Assembly: GCA_040770465.1 (NCBI GenBank) | Contig: JAXGJB010000002.1 | Location: forward strand, 1 to 64,000 | Length of the DNA: 64,000 nucleotides | DNA from: Methanothrix sp. | GTDB lineage: Archaea; Halobacteriota; Methanosarcinia; Methanotrichales; Methanotrichaceae | Reading direction: 5' to 3' | Part shown: in pieces, positions 28,866 to 39,726 of the stretch | Numbering within the stretch: position 1 is the first letter of the stretch | How the letters are laid out: every line of letters starts with the position of its first letter | Made by a program: the position numbers and the translations under genes | The notes under the pieces: model-generated | Databases searched by the model: none | What the model was told of the DNA's origin: nothing | Seen by the model: only the letters and a program-made list of their open reading frames with translations

Positions 28866-29426
28866 TCATCTATTCACATCTCTGCAGCTCCAGCAGAGCA
28901 GCTCGCCGTTGACCGATTCCAGAGAGTCTGATATCTGGCCGCACCGCTCGCAGATCCCCCTGATCATCTCCCTCTGTTCCTCGAAATGGACGCTATCCCT
29001 GTGCATCTCTATGAGGTGGCTGAGGATCTCTCCCATGCCGATGGATGCCGACCCGGAGACGAGGTCGGTATCGGTGATTATGCCCATCAGCTTGCCCTCG
29101 TTCGATATCACCGGGAGCCTCTTCACCCCCGATTTGAGCATCTTTATGGCGGCCTCGCTCAGACTGACGTCTGGAAGGACAGTTATCAATGGCGAGGACA
29201 TCACGTCGCCCACCTTCATCTCTTTCGGGTCTGCGGCCTTTGCAACAATCTTTCCGACCAGATCCCGCTCGGTTATGATTCCCATCGGCTGGTCGTCGTG
29301 AATCACGATCAAGCTGCCCACGTTTGCGGAGAACATCTTGTTCGCAGCCTTCACCACATCAACCTCGGAATCGACGGTGATCACAGGCCGGGCCATTATA
29401 TCCCGCACCGGAATCTCTGTTTCCAT
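28866..29426 (-). CDS. CBS pair plus C-terminal Zn-ribbon protein
   Basis: VRDIMARPV, GIITERD, KRLPV; GICERCG...LLCWSC. Confidence 0.9.
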   Translation of the reverse strand: METEIPVRDIMARPVITVDSEVDVVKAANKMFSANVGSLIVIHDDQPMGIITERDLVGKIVAKAADPKEMKVGDVMSSPLITVLPDVSLSEAAIKMLKSGVKRLPVISNEGKLMGIITDTDLVSGSASIGMGEILSHLIEMHRDSVHFEEQREMIRGICERCGQISDSLESVNGELLCWSCRDVNR

Positions 29427-29530
29427 GCAAGTCACCTCCGCGGCAGATCGCCTTTCTTACTAGAGAGATTCCCTCTATAAAAGGATCACTGCATCCTTTT
29501 CTCTCCAATTTAAAATGTATTATAATTTTG

Positions 29531-30007
29531 TCATTCTGAAATGTGGTGGAGGATGTGATCGATCTCGGCGAGGATCAGATCGATCCCGAGCCGGGCAGCC
29601 GAGGGGGAGCCTGGAAGGCAGAAGACGGGGACGCCACCGACGATCCCCGCTGAGGCCCTGGTGAGGATCGCCCTCGTCCCCACCTCTTCGAGGCTCTTCG
29701 TTCTGAAGATCTCTCCGAAGCCCGGGATCTTCTTGTCGAATAGCGGCTCGGCCGCCTCGATGGTCAGATCCCTGGGGGCGAGGCCGGTTCCGCCGCAGAG
29801 GACGACGACATCGGCCTTCGAGGCCAGGATCGCCTCTCCCACCTCCTCCACCCCGTCGGGGATGAGGCGGTAGGCGAAGCTCCGGCCGGCGGCCACTAGC
29901 CTTTCCAGGATCGCCCGGCCGGAGAGGTCCTCGGCATCTTCGGGATCCTCCACCGCCCCAAACCTCTCAAACCGGGAGGTGCTCACGACGACGACCTCGA
30001 TCTTCAC
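29531..30007 (-). CDS. moaB: Molybdopterin adenylyltransferase MoaB/Mog family
   Basis: DLSG, GGTGLAPRDLTIEA, PGFGEIFR, TRASAG, FCLPGSP. Confidence 0.9.
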   Translation of the reverse strand: MKIEVVVVSTSRFERFGAVEDPEDAEDLSGRAILERLVAAGRSFAYRLIPDGVEEVGEAILASKADVVVLCGGTGLAPRDLTIEAAEPLFDKKIPGFGEIFRTKSLEEVGTRAILTRASAGIVGGVPVFCLPGSPSAARLGIDLILAEIDHILHHISE

Positions 30008-30088
30008 GATCAGCTATTCGCCTTGAAGGGATAAAGATCTTCTCACCGCTCCCAACGGTTTTATCCGAAAAGGTTGATCTCGACCGTC

Positions 30089-31135
30089 ATGGCGATTCTG
30101 GCGGTGGACGTGGGGGCCGGGACCCAGGATATACTCCTCTTCGAGGAGGGGGCGGCTCTGGAGAGTTCGGCCAAGATGGTGATGCCAAGCCAGACGGTGA
30201 TCGTAGGACGGCAGATCGATGGGGCGAGGCGTCGGGGAAATGACGTCTATCTCGCGGGAACGACGATGGGTGGCGGAGCCTCCGTCCGTTCCATAAAAAG
30301 GCATATCGAGGCGGGTCTTTCGGTCTTTGCATCCCCGAAGGCGGCTCTGACGATCCACGACGACCTGGAGAAGGTCAAGGGGATGGGGGTTTTGATCGTT
30401 GAGTCGGCTCCGCCGGAGGCGGAGGTGGTGGAGATGGCGGACGTCGACTTGCCGGCGTTGGAGGCGACCCTCGAGAGGTTCGGCCTCGATATGCCGAAGG
30501 ACGTGGCCGTCGCCGTCCAGGACCACGGCTTTTCGCCCGAGAGGAGCAACCGGATCGTGAGGTTTGAGGAGATGGCAAAGGTCCTCGATTCGGGAGGAGA
30601 TATCCGGTCCTTCGCCCACCTCGATCCCCCTCCCCTCTTCAGCCGGATGAGGTCCGTCAAGGATACCCTGGATCGGGCGGGGTTCCGTTCGATCGTCATG
30701 GACACGGGCCCTGCCGCGATCTTCGGCGCGATCCTAGATCCCAGGTTTGAGGAGCCCGCTCTGGTATTGAACGCCGGAAACGGCCACACCATCGGGGCGG
30801 TGGTGGCGGAGGAGAGGATCACGGCCCTTTTCGAGCACCACACATCGGCCCTGACGGCGGAGAAGCTTCTCCGGCTATCGAGGAGGCTATGCGACGGGAC
30901 CATCACGAACAGTGAGATCTTCGATGACGGGGGGCACGGAGCCGCCGTGGTGGACGCGCCAGGCGTCGGGGGGATCAGGTCTGTGGTGGTGACGGGCCCC
31001 AACCGGGAGCGATTTCTGGGATCCGGGCTTTTGGAACGGGTGGCCCCCGTCGTATCCGCGGCGCCGGGCGGCGACATGATGATGGCTGGCTGCCTCGGCC
31101 TCGTCGAGGCCGCGAAGGCTCTGAGGGAGGTGTGA
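30089..31135 (+). CDS. DUF1786 family protein (actin-like ATPase fold)
   Basis: LAVDVGAGTQD, MGGG, AVAVQDHG, SNR..RF, MDTGPAA, NAGNGHT, GGHG. Confidence 0.85.
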   Translation: MAILAVDVGAGTQDILLFEEGAALESSAKMVMPSQTVIVGRQIDGARRRGNDVYLAGTTMGGGASVRSIKRHIEAGLSVFASPKAALTIHDDLEKVKGMGVLIVESAPPEAEVVEMADVDLPALEATLERFGLDMPKDVAVAVQDHGFSPERSNRIVRFEEMAKVLDSGGDIRSFAHLDPPPLFSRMRSVKDTLDRAGFRSIVMDTGPAAIFGAILDPRFEEPALVLNAGNGHTIGAVVAEERITALFEHHTSALTAEKLLRLSRRLCDGTITNSEIFDDGGHGAAVVDAPGVGGIRSVVVTGPNRERFLGSGLLERVAPVVSAAPGGDMMMAGCLGLVEAAKALREV

Positions 31136-31139
31136 AGCG

Positions 31140-31754
31140 GTGAGTGATGCAGCGACCGAAGCGGCGACCGGATCAGAGGCAGAAGAGATCGGAAGGGGCG
31201 CAGAGGCGGTGATCACCAGGGACGGAGATCGGGTGACGAAGGTGAGGCTGCCGAAGGGGTACAGGCTCTCCGCCCTCGACGAGAGGATCAGGCGTGAGAG
31301 GACGGTGATGGAGGCCCGGATAATCTCCGAGGCCCGGAGGTGCGGGGTCCCGACGCCGATCGTTCTGGACGTCGACCGGTTCAGCCTCATCATGGAGCAC
31401 GTGGAGGGCGCGAAGCTGAAGGATGTGATCAACCCCGATCTATCCGAGAGGGTGGGGGAGCTGGTAGGAAAGCTCCACGGTTGCGGGATCATTCACGGCG
31501 ACCTCACCACCTCCAACATGATCCAGAGGGGGGAGAAGATATACTTCATCGACTTCGGCCTCGCCTTCCACGACAAGGGGATCGAGGCCCAGGGGGTGGA
31601 CGTCCATGTATTTTTTCAGACCGTCAAGAGCACCCACGACCGCGCCGATGAGCTGATCGACGCCTTCGCAAGGGGTTACGCCAGAACCTATCCCAGGGCG
31701 GGGGAGGTTCTGGCGCGGGTGGAGGAGATCGCGGGCCGGGGTAGATATCTCTGA
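31140..31754 (+). CDS. bud32: KEOPS kinase Bud32 (stand-alone)
   Basis: GRGAEA, PKGYR, HGDLTTSN, IDFGL, C-terminal RGRYL. Confidence 0.92.
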   Translation: MSDAATEAATGSEAEEIGRGAEAVITRDGDRVTKVRLPKGYRLSALDERIRRERTVMEARIISEARRCGVPTPIVLDVDRFSLIMEHVEGAKLKDVINPDLSERVGELVGKLHGCGIIHGDLTTSNMIQRGEKIYFIDFGLAFHDKGIEAQGVDVHVFFQTVKSTHDRADELIDAFARGYARTYPRAGEVLARVEEIAGRGRYL

Positions 31755-31831
31755 CCAAATCATTAACTTTATGTAGTAAACGAGCCCTACCATCAACCTC
31801 AGTGCTGATAGTTCCCAAGTGGTGATGGTAC

Positions 31832-32101
31832 ATGGCAGAAGATGATGTGGTATTCGTCGGCAATAAACCAGTGATGAACTACGTACTGGCGGTGGTCACC
31901 CAGTTCAACAGCGGCGCTGGAGAGGTGAAGATCATGGCCAGAGGACGCGCTATATCAAGAGCAGTGGACGTTGCAGAGGTCTCAAGAAGCCGCTTTTTGG
32001 GCGACGTCAAAGTCAAGGACATCCAGATCTCCACAGAGACCCTGAATACCGATCGTGGAGAGACGAACGTCTCGGCCATCGAGATCACCCTCTCGAAGTG
32101 A
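31832..32101 (+). CDS. albA: DNA/RNA-binding protein Alba
   Basis: [34 protein letters not shown]. Confidence 0.96.
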   Translation: MAEDDVVFVGNKPVMNYVLAVVTQFNSGAGEVKIMARGRAISRAVDVAEVSRSRFLGDVKVKDIQISTETLNTDRGETNVSAIEITLSK

Positions 32102-32136
32102 AGTCGAGCCTTTCGAGCCTTATTTCTGGAGCGCAT

Positions 32137-32772
32137 TTGGCATTGACCACCAGGATAGGGGTCATCTCCTCCGGTCGCGGGGAGAACGCGAGGTACATCA
32201 TCGGAGCCTCTCGATCGGGGTATCTCCCCGCCGAGGTCGCAGTCGTCCTGGCAGACCAAAAGGAAGCGGGCGCCCTGAAGATCGCCCGCGAAGCCGGGAT
32301 CGAGGCCCACTTCGTCGACCCTGCTGGTCTCAGCCGGGCTGAGCACGAAGCCCTTCTCATCGAATTTCTTGACCGGGCGGGGGTCGATCTCGTCGTCCTC
32401 ACGGGGTACATGAGGATTCTCTCTCCCGAGTTCGTCCGCCACTTCAAGAACAGGACGATCAACATCCACCCCGCCCTCCTCCCCGCCTTCCGGGGGATGG
32501 ACGCATTCCAGCAGGCCCTCGACTACGGTGTCAGGGTGACGGGGACGACGATCCATCTCGTCGACGAGGAGGTGGACCACGGCCCCATAATCCTCCAGGT
32601 CCCCGTAGAGGTGAAGGAGGGCGACACCCACGAGAGCCTCAAGGCGAGGGTCCAGGAGGCGGAGTACAGGGCCTATCCAGAGGCCCTGAAGCTCTTCATC
32701 GAAGGCAAACCGAAGGTGGCTGGAAGGAAGGTCGTCTTTGAGGTTGAGGAAAAGGAGGAGGATGGATCTTGA
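32137..32772 (+). CDS. purN: Phosphoribosylglycinamide formyltransferase
   Basis: SSGRGEN, GYMRILS, INIHPALLPAF, GTTIH.VDEEVDHGPII. Confidence 0.93.
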   Translation: MALTTRIGVISSGRGENARYIIGASRSGYLPAEVAVVLADQKEAGALKIAREAGIEAHFVDPAGLSRAEHEALLIEFLDRAGVDLVVLTGYMRILSPEFVRHFKNRTINIHPALLPAFRGMDAFQQALDYGVRVTGTTIHLVDEEVDHGPIILQVPVEVKEGDTHESLKARVQEAEYRAYPEALKLFIEGKPKVAGRKVVFEVEEKEEDGS

Positions 32773-33257
32773 GGACACTTTGGGCGCCCTGGAGGATGGA
32801 CTACATCCTCTCCGACAAGTCGGAGGCTTGCATATTCTGCGAGAAGATCGCTGAGGACCGGGACTCGGAGAACCTGATCCTTCACCGGGGCGAGCATCAC
32901 TTCATAATAATGAACGCCTACCCTTACAACAACGGCCATTTGATGGTCGTCCCCCGCCGCCACACCTCGACCCTGGCGGGCTGGAGCGCCGAGGAGAGGG
33001 CGGAGTTTCTCGAACTGGCCGACCTCGCCGTCGAGATCCTCAAGAGGACGATGAACCCCGACGGCTTCAACATCGGGATCAACATGGGCGAGTGCGCGGG
33101 GGCGGGGATCGCCGACCACATCCACCTCCACGTCGTTCCGCGGTGGTCCGGGGACTGCAACTTCATGCCGGTCTTCGCGGACACGAGGGTGATCCCCGAG
33201 CACATCCAGGCGACCCGCGAGAAGCTGCGGGCGGCGCTAAAAGAGGTCTTGAGATGA
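32769..33257 (+). CDS. HIT family hydrolase (Ap4A phosphorylase-like)
   Basis: LWAPWRMDYI, NAYPYNNGH, HIHLHVVPRW. Confidence 0.92.
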   Translation: MRTLWAPWRMDYILSDKSEACIFCEKIAEDRDSENLILHRGEHHFIIMNAYPYNNGHLMVVPRRHTSTLAGWSAEERAEFLELADLAVEILKRTMNPDGFNIGINMGECAGAGIADHIHLHVVPRWSGDCNFMPVFADTRVIPEHIQATREKLRAALKEVLR

Positions 33258-33366
33258 CGGGGTTTGGCCAGATGGAAAAGCTGGCATCTATTTATCGAAG
33301 GGCGTCCAAAATAGCGTCATCGATACGAGAAAGTATTTTCATCAACCAGGTGGAAGACAGAACCAG

Positions 33367-33651
33367 GTGATATCTATGGTCGGGATAAACGGAAGGCTCG
33401 GCAGATCTAAGGGAAGCCCCACCGGCGGAGAGAAGTTTGAGCAGGAGTTCTACATGACCCCCGGCGATGTGGCTAGCACCCTTCGGAGCCTTGCCGACGA
33501 GATCGAGGGCCGGGGAAGGGTAGAGGCCTCATCCGAGGGCTGGACCCTGGCAGTGAGCCCGGCGGAGCCGATAAAGCTTGAGGTGCAGTATAAGCACGAT
33601 CCTGCGAGAAGGGAGCTTGAGTTCCAGCTGAAGCTAAAAGAGAACCCCTGA
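33367..33651 (+). CDS. Amphi-Trp domain protein
   Basis: VASTLRSLADEIE...PAEPIKLEV...ELEFQLK. Confidence 0.7.
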   Translation: MISMVGINGRLGRSKGSPTGGEKFEQEFYMTPGDVASTLRSLADEIEGRGRVEASSEGWTLAVSPAEPIKLEVQYKHDPARRELEFQLKLKENP

Positions 33652-33706
33652 TAGTCCATCATATCTCTTTGATATCTCTTTGGTGAGGCTCATCGTGGGA
33701 CGATGG

Positions 33707-34168
33707 CTATGTCCCAGTATCTTCGTCTCTTCTTCCAGCCTCTCGGAGGCGGAAGGGGATGCCCCTCCTCTCCAGCTCTTCTGCCACGACTTCCATAAAG
33801 ACCCCCATCCCCGGAACATGGTCGTGGTCCTGGTGGCGGATCTTCCCCCCGGTGTAGCCCGACGTGGTGGAACTTATGCCGCAGCTGGGGCTTCCCTCGA
33901 CGCCGACGATCTCGATCTCGCGCCCCTTCTTCGCGAACTGCTCGATCAGGTCGGCATGATGGCCGAAGATCTCGCGGCAGTACCGTCTGTAGGATGGTAT
34001 GTCGATCTGGTTTTTGGTGACCGCCCACCGGTCGAGGCCGAGGCATCCGGCCTCGGGGCAGAGGAGCTGGATGATGGGCGGCTCGGCCGCGAACGCGACG
34101 GGTCGGAGCCCCGCGAGCCTCGTCTCGGGGTCGATGAGGCAGTGGGCGACCACCTGAATCTTCTTCAT
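33707..34168 (-). CDS. DUF523/TudS-related Cys-rich protein
   Basis: VAHCLID, IQLLCPE, GVEGSPSCG, GMGVFME. Confidence 0.8.
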   Translation of the reverse strand: MKKIQVVAHCLIDPETRLAGLRPVAFAAEPPIIQLLCPEAGCLGLDRWAVTKNQIDIPSYRRYCREIFGHHADLIEQFAKKGREIEIVGVEGSPSCGISSTTSGYTGGKIRHQDHDHVPGMGVFMEVVAEELERRGIPFRLREAGRRDEDTGT

Positions 34169-34614
34169 ACTTCCGGGCCCGTCTCTTTTGTCGCGTCCCG
34201 CTCTTCGAGGGCGGCTTTGACGTGCTGATAGAAGCTGATGCCGTCGGTCTCGTGGTAGAACCGAACGTCCTCGGCGGCACCGCCGATCCGGATCTTCAGG
34301 GTGTTGTCCTGAAACTCCTTGACGTACTCGATCCCCGTTACGCCCGAGAGGGGGAACCTGTCGATCCGATTTCGAAGAAGGCCGGAGCGGACGAAGACGA
34401 CCTCCCTCTCCGTGGCCACGATCCAGGAGGAGATCTTCGCCTCGTCGAAGGCCCCGATCCTCGCGAAGGCCTTCGCCTTCTCGTCCTGGTACCTCTGCGG
34501 GACCGCCGGGAAGACCATGAGGGGGACCTCGCCGGCCTGCTCAAGTTTCTCCAGCGCCTTTCCGATCCGCTTCGGCAGATTCTCGTGCGCGACGTCCTCG
34601 TACATTTCGGTCAT
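34165..34614 (-). CDS. Bacterial PH-like domain protein
   Basis: IVATEREVVFVRSGLL...FPLSGVTGIEY; ATGA overlap with the next gene. Confidence 0.65.
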   Translation of the reverse strand: MTEMYEDVAHENLPKRIGKALEKLEQAGEVPLMVFPAVPQRYQDEKAKAFARIGAFDEAKISSWIVATEREVVFVRSGLLRNRIDRFPLSGVTGIEYVKEFQDNTLKIRIGGAAEDVRFYHETDGISFYQHVKAALEERDATKETGPEV

Positions 34615-34671
34615 GATGGATCTGATTCTGATTGCCTTTCCGTTTCTTCTGGTCGAGCCGTGGTTTCAAAT

Positions 34672-35814
34672 TCAGGTGACGATCTTGTCCAGCTCGTCCT
34701 TCTCGAGGGCGATCTTGACCTCGCGCATCAGCCTTCTGCCGGTGCTCATGGAGGTTCTCCAGAAGGCGTTTCCGTAGGGGTGGCCGACGGCCATGTGGAC
34801 GTTCGTCCCGCCGCCGATCCGGGGGGCGACGTCGTAGATGGAGAAGTTCAGGTCTTTGTCGACGCAGGTCTGAAGACAGAACGGCCCTATGATCCCGGGG
34901 CTGTAGTGGACCTTCGTCGCCTCGACGTACTTCTCCGCCAGCTCGAAGGCCTTCTCCAGAAGGGATTCGCGGAGGGTCGCGGCGTTGTGGCCGCAGACGG
35001 TGTACTCGGGGCTGATCTGGGCCTCGTTGAGGGTGAGCTGCTGGGGGGCGGGAAGCCGGACGTGGCCGTCGAGGCTCGACTCAAACCGCCAGTCGATCCC
35101 GAGAAGCTCGATCTGGTCCAGGATCGGCGAGTAGAAGAAGTCGAGGTTGAAGACGGGCCCGATGACGTACCTCTCGATCCTCGCGAGGTCGAGGCCGTCC
35201 TGGTCGATCACCCCGTGCTTGAGAAGAAGATCCGACTTCTCGCGGTACTCGTCGTAGCTCGCGGCGGTGAAGAAACCCCGCTCCAGGGTCTTGACGGCGT
35301 GGGGCAGCTTCACCATCACCAGCTCGTCGATCTCGTCCGCCTCCACCGTCTCGGGGAAGGGGAGGCCCGCCTTCTCCAGGATCCAGTAGTAGTCCTGGTC
35401 TTCGCCCCTCTCCTCGGACCGGAGGAGGTTTCTGCTCCCCAGAAGCGGCACCTCGAACTCGTCCTCCACCGAGTCGATCCCGCAGTAGGACGTGAAGGAC
35501 CGGTTCGGTACGAAGAGGACGCTCTTCGATATCAGGGCGTCCTGCTGTTCACCCCTGATCAGGTCTGAGAACTTATTTAAGATCCTGACCTCGTCCACCA
35601 ATCCGCTTATGACCTTGCCGTTGGACCTGGTCGCCCTGAAGTACTTGGCGTAGGTCTTCTCCCTCCCCTTCTGACATATGGCGAGGGTTCGAAACCCCTC
35701 CTCGACGGCCCCGTCGCAGGTGTCCAGGGCCGAGTGGGAGGCGACGACGCCGATCATCGGGTCGTCGAGGTCGTACCCCTCCAAAACCTCAAAAATTTTG
35801 CTGCGGTCGATCAA
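34672..35814 (-). CDS. purP: Formate-AICAR ligase PurP family (ATP-grasp)
   Basis: ASHSALD, VPNRSF, ERGFF, LGIDWRFES, GPFCLQ, DVAPRIGGGTN, MSTGRR. Confidence 0.92.
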   Translation of the reverse strand: MIDRSKIFEVLEGYDLDDPMIGVVASHSALDTCDGAVEEGFRTLAICQKGREKTYAKYFRATRSNGKVISGLVDEVRILNKFSDLIRGEQQDALISKSVLFVPNRSFTSYCGIDSVEDEFEVPLLGSRNLLRSEERGEDQDYYWILEKAGLPFPETVEADEIDELVMVKLPHAVKTLERGFFTAASYDEYREKSDLLLKHGVIDQDGLDLARIERYVIGPVFNLDFFYSPILDQIELLGIDWRFESSLDGHVRLPAPQQLTLNEAQISPEYTVCGHNAATLRESLLEKAFELAEKYVEATKVHYSPGIIGPFCLQTCVDKDLNFSIYDVAPRIGGGTNVHMAVGHPYGNAFWRTSMSTGRRLMREVKIALEKDELDKIVT

Positions 35815-36179
35815 TTCGAAGCACCCCAAAATTATCCTGATCTGTGTACCGACCTAGAGAGGTACTCACTTATCAAGCTGACTGTCATGACCCGCCATCT
35901 TCTATGGATGCGGCGTCTTCCGCCGTCCACCAGATCTCCCAAAAACTTCTTGAGACGCTTCCCGCCGATCTACATCGGCGCCTGGTACTGATAATGTCTT
36001 CTCCAGGCGGCTTAGCTTCTGACCTGGGAGGATCTGCAGGTTTGAAGCCGGCCATCTTCGCGGACGAATCGGCCGGTCTCGCCCGGAAAGGGGCGTTGAA
36101 ATTTTGAGAGGCGGAACGGTCACTTTAATATACTACGTTGGCATTGCTAACTAGTCCAATTAGGCTTGGGGGATGGTTT

Positions 36180-36668
36180 TTGGCAGGCAGAGCTTGGAAG
36201 TTCAAAGATGATATCGACACCGACGCGATAATACCCGGACGCTACCTGGTGATCAACGACCCCGAGGGGCTCGCCGAACACGTTTTTGAGGGGGTGCGCC
36301 CCGAGTTCGCCGGGCAAGTCCGTGCCGGAGACTTCGTGGTGGCGGGATCGAACTTCGGCTGCGGCTCCTCGCGAGAGCACGCGCCCCTCGGCCTTAAAGG
36401 CGCGGGGGTCAAGGCCGTCGTCGCCAGCTCTTTCGCCCGGATATTCTTCCGAAACGCCATCAACATCGGCCTGCCCCTGTTCGTCTCTGCCGACGTCGAG
36501 AGGATACGCGATGGGGATTCCATCGATATCGACGCCGACGAGGGGATCATATTCAACCGGTCCCGCGGCGAGTCATATAGGACGACGCCCCTGCCGCCCT
36601 TCCTCCAGGAGATCGTGGAGGCGGGAGGGCTCGTCGAGTATACCAAGAGGAAGGTGAGGTCTCTTTGA
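36180..36668 (+). CDS. leuD: 3-isopropylmalate dehydratase small subunit
   Basis: [42 protein letters not shown]. Confidence 0.9.
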   Translation: MAGRAWKFKDDIDTDAIIPGRYLVINDPEGLAEHVFEGVRPEFAGQVRAGDFVVAGSNFGCGSSREHAPLGLKGAGVKAVVASSFARIFFRNAINIGLPLFVSADVERIRDGDSIDIDADEGIIFNRSRGESYRTTPLPPFLQEIVEAGGLVEYTKRKVRSL

Positions 36669-37792
36669 AGTACAAAGTTCCCGTTATTCCCGGCGATGGG
36701 ATAGGTCCCGAGATCGTGGCCGAGGGCCAGAAGGTGGCGGAGGCCGCGGCGGAAAAGCACGGTTTTGATATCGAGTGGAGAACGTTCTCCCTCGGAGCAG
36801 ACCACTACCTGGAGACGGGAGAGCTCATTGGCGAGGAGACCCTCAAAGACCTCTCCAAATACAGGGCGATCTACCTCGGCTCCATCGGCGACCCGAGGGT
36901 GAAGCCCGGTGTCCTGGAGAAGGGCGTCCTCCTCGCCATGAGGTTCTACTTCGACCAGTACGTCAACCTCAGGCCGGTCAAGCTCCTGGAGGGTGTCTGG
37001 ACCCCTCTCAAGGACAAGGGCCCTGCGGATATCGACTTCACAGTCGTCCGGGAGAACACCGAGGACTTCTACATCGGGATCGGCAGCCGGGCGAGATCGG
37101 GGAGGAGCCGCGACGAGTTCGAGGTGGCGAGGACCCTCTACAACGTCAAGTTCGGCCTGGACGTGGAGTCGGACAGCGACGAGATCGCATACCAGATCGG
37201 GATGATCTCGAAAGAGGGGACCCGGCGGGTCATCAAGTACGCCTTCGACCTCGCCATGAAACGGAATAAGCACCTCTCCAGCGTCGACAAGGCGAACGTC
37301 CTCTCCGACATATACGGTTTCTGGAGAGAGGAGTTCGAGATGATGGCGGCAGAGTACCCTGAGGTCGAGACGGACTTCAACTTCGTAGACGCCATCACCA
37401 TGTGGTTTGTCAAAAACCCGGAGTGGTTTGACGTCGTCGTCGCACCCAACATGTTCGGCGACATCATCACCGACCTCGGCGCCATGATCCAGGGGGGTCT
37501 CGGCCTTGCGCCCGGAGCCAACATCAATCCCGAAGGGACGAGCATGTTCGAGCCGATCCACGGAAGCGCCCCCAAGTACAAGGGCCAAAACAAGGTCAAC
37601 CCCATCGCAACCATCTGGGCCGGAGCTATGCTCCTGGAGCACCTGGGCGAGGCGGCGGCCGCCGAGGACGTGATCAGGGCCATAGAGACGAACATCAAGA
37701 GGGGGAAGGTCAGGACCTACGACATGGGCGGAAGCTCGACGACCTCGGAGGTCGGCGACGATATCGCAGGCCTGGTCCTCGGCGGGATCTGA
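36665..37792 (+). CDS. leuB: 3-isopropylmalate dehydrogenase
   Basis: [37 protein letters not shown]. Confidence 0.9.
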   Translation: MKYKVPVIPGDGIGPEIVAEGQKVAEAAAEKHGFDIEWRTFSLGADHYLETGELIGEETLKDLSKYRAIYLGSIGDPRVKPGVLEKGVLLAMRFYFDQYVNLRPVKLLEGVWTPLKDKGPADIDFTVVRENTEDFYIGIGSRARSGRSRDEFEVARTLYNVKFGLDVESDSDEIAYQIGMISKEGTRRVIKYAFDLAMKRNKHLSSVDKANVLSDIYGFWREEFEMMAAEYPEVETDFNFVDAITMWFVKNPEWFDVVVAPNMFGDIITDLGAMIQGGLGLAPGANINPEGTSMFEPIHGSAPKYKGQNKVNPIATIWAGAMLLEHLGEAAAAEDVIRAIETNIKRGKVRTYDMGGSSTTSEVGDDIAGLVLGGI

Positions 37793-37862
37793 TCGGAAGG
37801 CGAAAAGGTTTTATGTCGGATGACCATCTCCAAGACAGTGGTATGGGCTGATCTGCTCATGG

Positions 37863-37954
37863 GGGCTCGTAGCTCAGTTAGGCAGAGCGTCTGGCTTTTA
37901 AGTTTTTTGAACGAAGATACCAGGTGGTCGAGGGTTCAAATCCCTTCGAGCCCG
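37863..37954 (+). tRNA. tRNA-Lys(UUU) with 18-nt intron at 37/38 (37901..37918)
   Basis: GGGCTCGTAGCTCAGTTAGGCAGAGCGTCTGGCTTTTA[AGTTTTTTGAACGAAGAT]ACCAGGTGGTCGAGGGTTCAAATCCCTTCGAGCCCG; BHB helix CTTT/GAAG. Confidence 0.93.
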
Positions 37955-37983
37955 CTTATCGCTCATTTCTGGGAAGTGGCTGT

Positions 37984-38220
37984 ATGAAGAAGTTTGCGTT
38001 GCAGGATCACGAGATAGTTCCGGTCCACATCCTTCTCTCGCCTGAAGAGGCGGAGGAGGTGTTCAAGGCTTACGGCGTGGATTCTGCTCAGCTCCCGAAG
38101 ATCCACGCCACCGATCCGGTGGTAAAGGAGATCGGAGGAAAGGTGGGTGACGTGGTGAGGATTATGAGGAAGAGTCCCACGTCAGGGGAATCGGTCTTTT
38201 ACAGGCTGGTAATCGACTAA
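37984..38220 (+). CDS. rpoH: RNA polymerase subunit H (Rpo5)
   Basis: HEIVPVH, QLPKI..TDP, RKSPTSG..FYRLV. Confidence 0.95.
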   Translation: MKKFALQDHEIVPVHILLSPEEAEEVFKAYGVDSAQLPKIHATDPVVKEIGGKVGDVVRIMRKSPTSGESVFYRLVID

Positions 38221-38235
38221 GGGGTGTTTTAAAGT

Positions 38236-39726
38236 TTGCTGGACAGAGACGTTCTATATAAGGCCTATTTTACAAAAGACAAGCTGGTCCACCATCACAT
38301 AAACTCTTTCAACGATTTCATAGATCGGGGCCTTCAGAAGGTGATCGACGAGGTGGGGATCATCGAGACGAACATCGAGGAGACCTACGTCAAGCTGGGG
38401 ACGATCCGGGTTGAGAACCCCACCGTCACCGAGGCGGACGGCTCGGTGGAGAGGCTCCATCCCAACGACGCGCGGCTTCGAAACCTCACCTACGCGTCGC
38501 CCCTCCGGCTGGTGATGACGATAGTTGAGGGGGAGACAGAGAAGGAACCGGTGGAGGCGATGATCGGGATGCTGCCCATCATGATAATGTCCAAGATCTG
38601 CAACCTCTCAGGCCTATCTCGGGACGAGATGATCGAGTACGGCGAGGATCCCCTCGACCCCGGCGGGTACTTCGTGGTCAACGGCTCGGAGAGGGTGATC
38701 ATGACCCTGGAGGACCTCTCCCCCAACAAGATCCTGGTGGAGTACAACCAGAGGTACGACGACTACATCGAGGTGGCGAAGGTCTTCTCCCAGAGGCAGG
38801 GTTACAGGTCACTTGTGATCGTCGAGCGGGGTAGAAGGTCGATTTTGGAGGTATCCTTCCCCTCCGTCAGCGGAAGGCTGAACTTCGTCACCCTGGCGAG
38901 AGCCCTCGGCCTTGAGACGGATATGGAGATCGTCCAGGCCGTCTCCGACAACCCCGAGATCATCAAGTTCATGCTGGAGAACCTGGAGGAGGCGGAGGTT
39001 GCGACCAAAGAGGAGGCCCTGGAGAAGATCGGGGGTCGGGTCGCCGCAGGCCAGGCGAAGGAGTACCAGAAGAAGAGGGCCGCTTACGTCCTGGATCGGT
39101 ACCTACTGCCTCACATCGGGGTCGAGGAGGGCGACCGGTACGCCAAAGGCCTCTTCCTCGCCAGGATGGCCGAGGCCTGCTTCGAGCTGGCCCTGGGGAA
39201 GAGGGGCGAGGACGACAAGGACCATTACGCCAACAAGAGGCTCAAGCTATCCGGAGACCTGATGGAAGACCTATTCCGGGTAGCCTTCAGCAGGCTGACG
39301 AGGGACATCAAGTACCAGCTGGAGCGGGCCAGCATGAGAAACCGCGAGCTGAACGTCATCACCACCGTCCGGGCCGACGTCCTCACCGAGAGGATGATCC
39401 ACCCCCTCGCCACCGGAAACTGGGTCGGGGGGAGGACGGGCGTATCCCAGCTTCTGGACCGTACCGATTACATGGCGAGCTTAAGCCACCTCCGGAGGGT
39501 CATATCCCCCCTCTCCCGGTCCCAGCCCCACTTCGAGGCGAGGGACCTTCACCCCACCCAGTGGGGGAGGATCTGTCCCAGCGAGACCCCGGAGGGCCCC
39601 AACTGCGGCCTCGTCAAGAACTTCGCCCAGGGGGTGGAGCTCTCTACAGGGGTCGAGGATTACGAGGACGTGAAGAGGATGCTTCTGGATCTGGAAGTCG
39701 CTCCTGTAGGTGGTCGCTTTGAGTAG
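38236..39726 (+). CDS. rpoB2: RNA polymerase subunit B'' (Rpo2N)
   Basis: [35 protein letters not shown]. Confidence 0.97.
   Translation: MLDRDVLYKAYFTKDKLVHHHINSFNDFIDRGLQKVIDEVGIIETNIEETYVKLGTIRVENPTVTEADGSVERLHPNDARLRNLTYASPLRLVMTIVEGETEKEPVEAMIGMLPIMIMSKICNLSGLSRDEMIEYGEDPLDPGGYFVVNGSERVIMTLEDLSPNKILVEYNQRYDDYIEVAKVFSQRQGYRSLVIVERGRRSILEVSFPSVSGRLNFVTLARALGLETDMEIVQAVSDNPEIIKFMLENLEEAEVATKEEALEKIGGRVAAGQAKEYQKKRAAYVLDRYLLPHIGVEEGDRYAKGLFLARMAEACFELALGKRGEDDKDHYANKRLKLSGDLMEDLFRVAFSRLTRDIKYQLERASMRNRELNVITTVRADVLTERMIHPLATGNWVGGRTGVSQLLDRTDYMASLSHLRRVISPLSRSQPHFEARDLHPTQWGRICPSETPEGPNCGLVKNFAQGVELSTGVEDYEDVKRMLLDLEVAPVGGRFE

Noticed and set aside
35840-36130. Small ORFs between purP and leuD
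   Set aside because: No RBS or motif support; probably a divergent promoter region
37924-37983. Extended rpoH N-terminus in the ORF track
   Set aside because: Overlaps tRNA-Lys; the real start is ATG 37984
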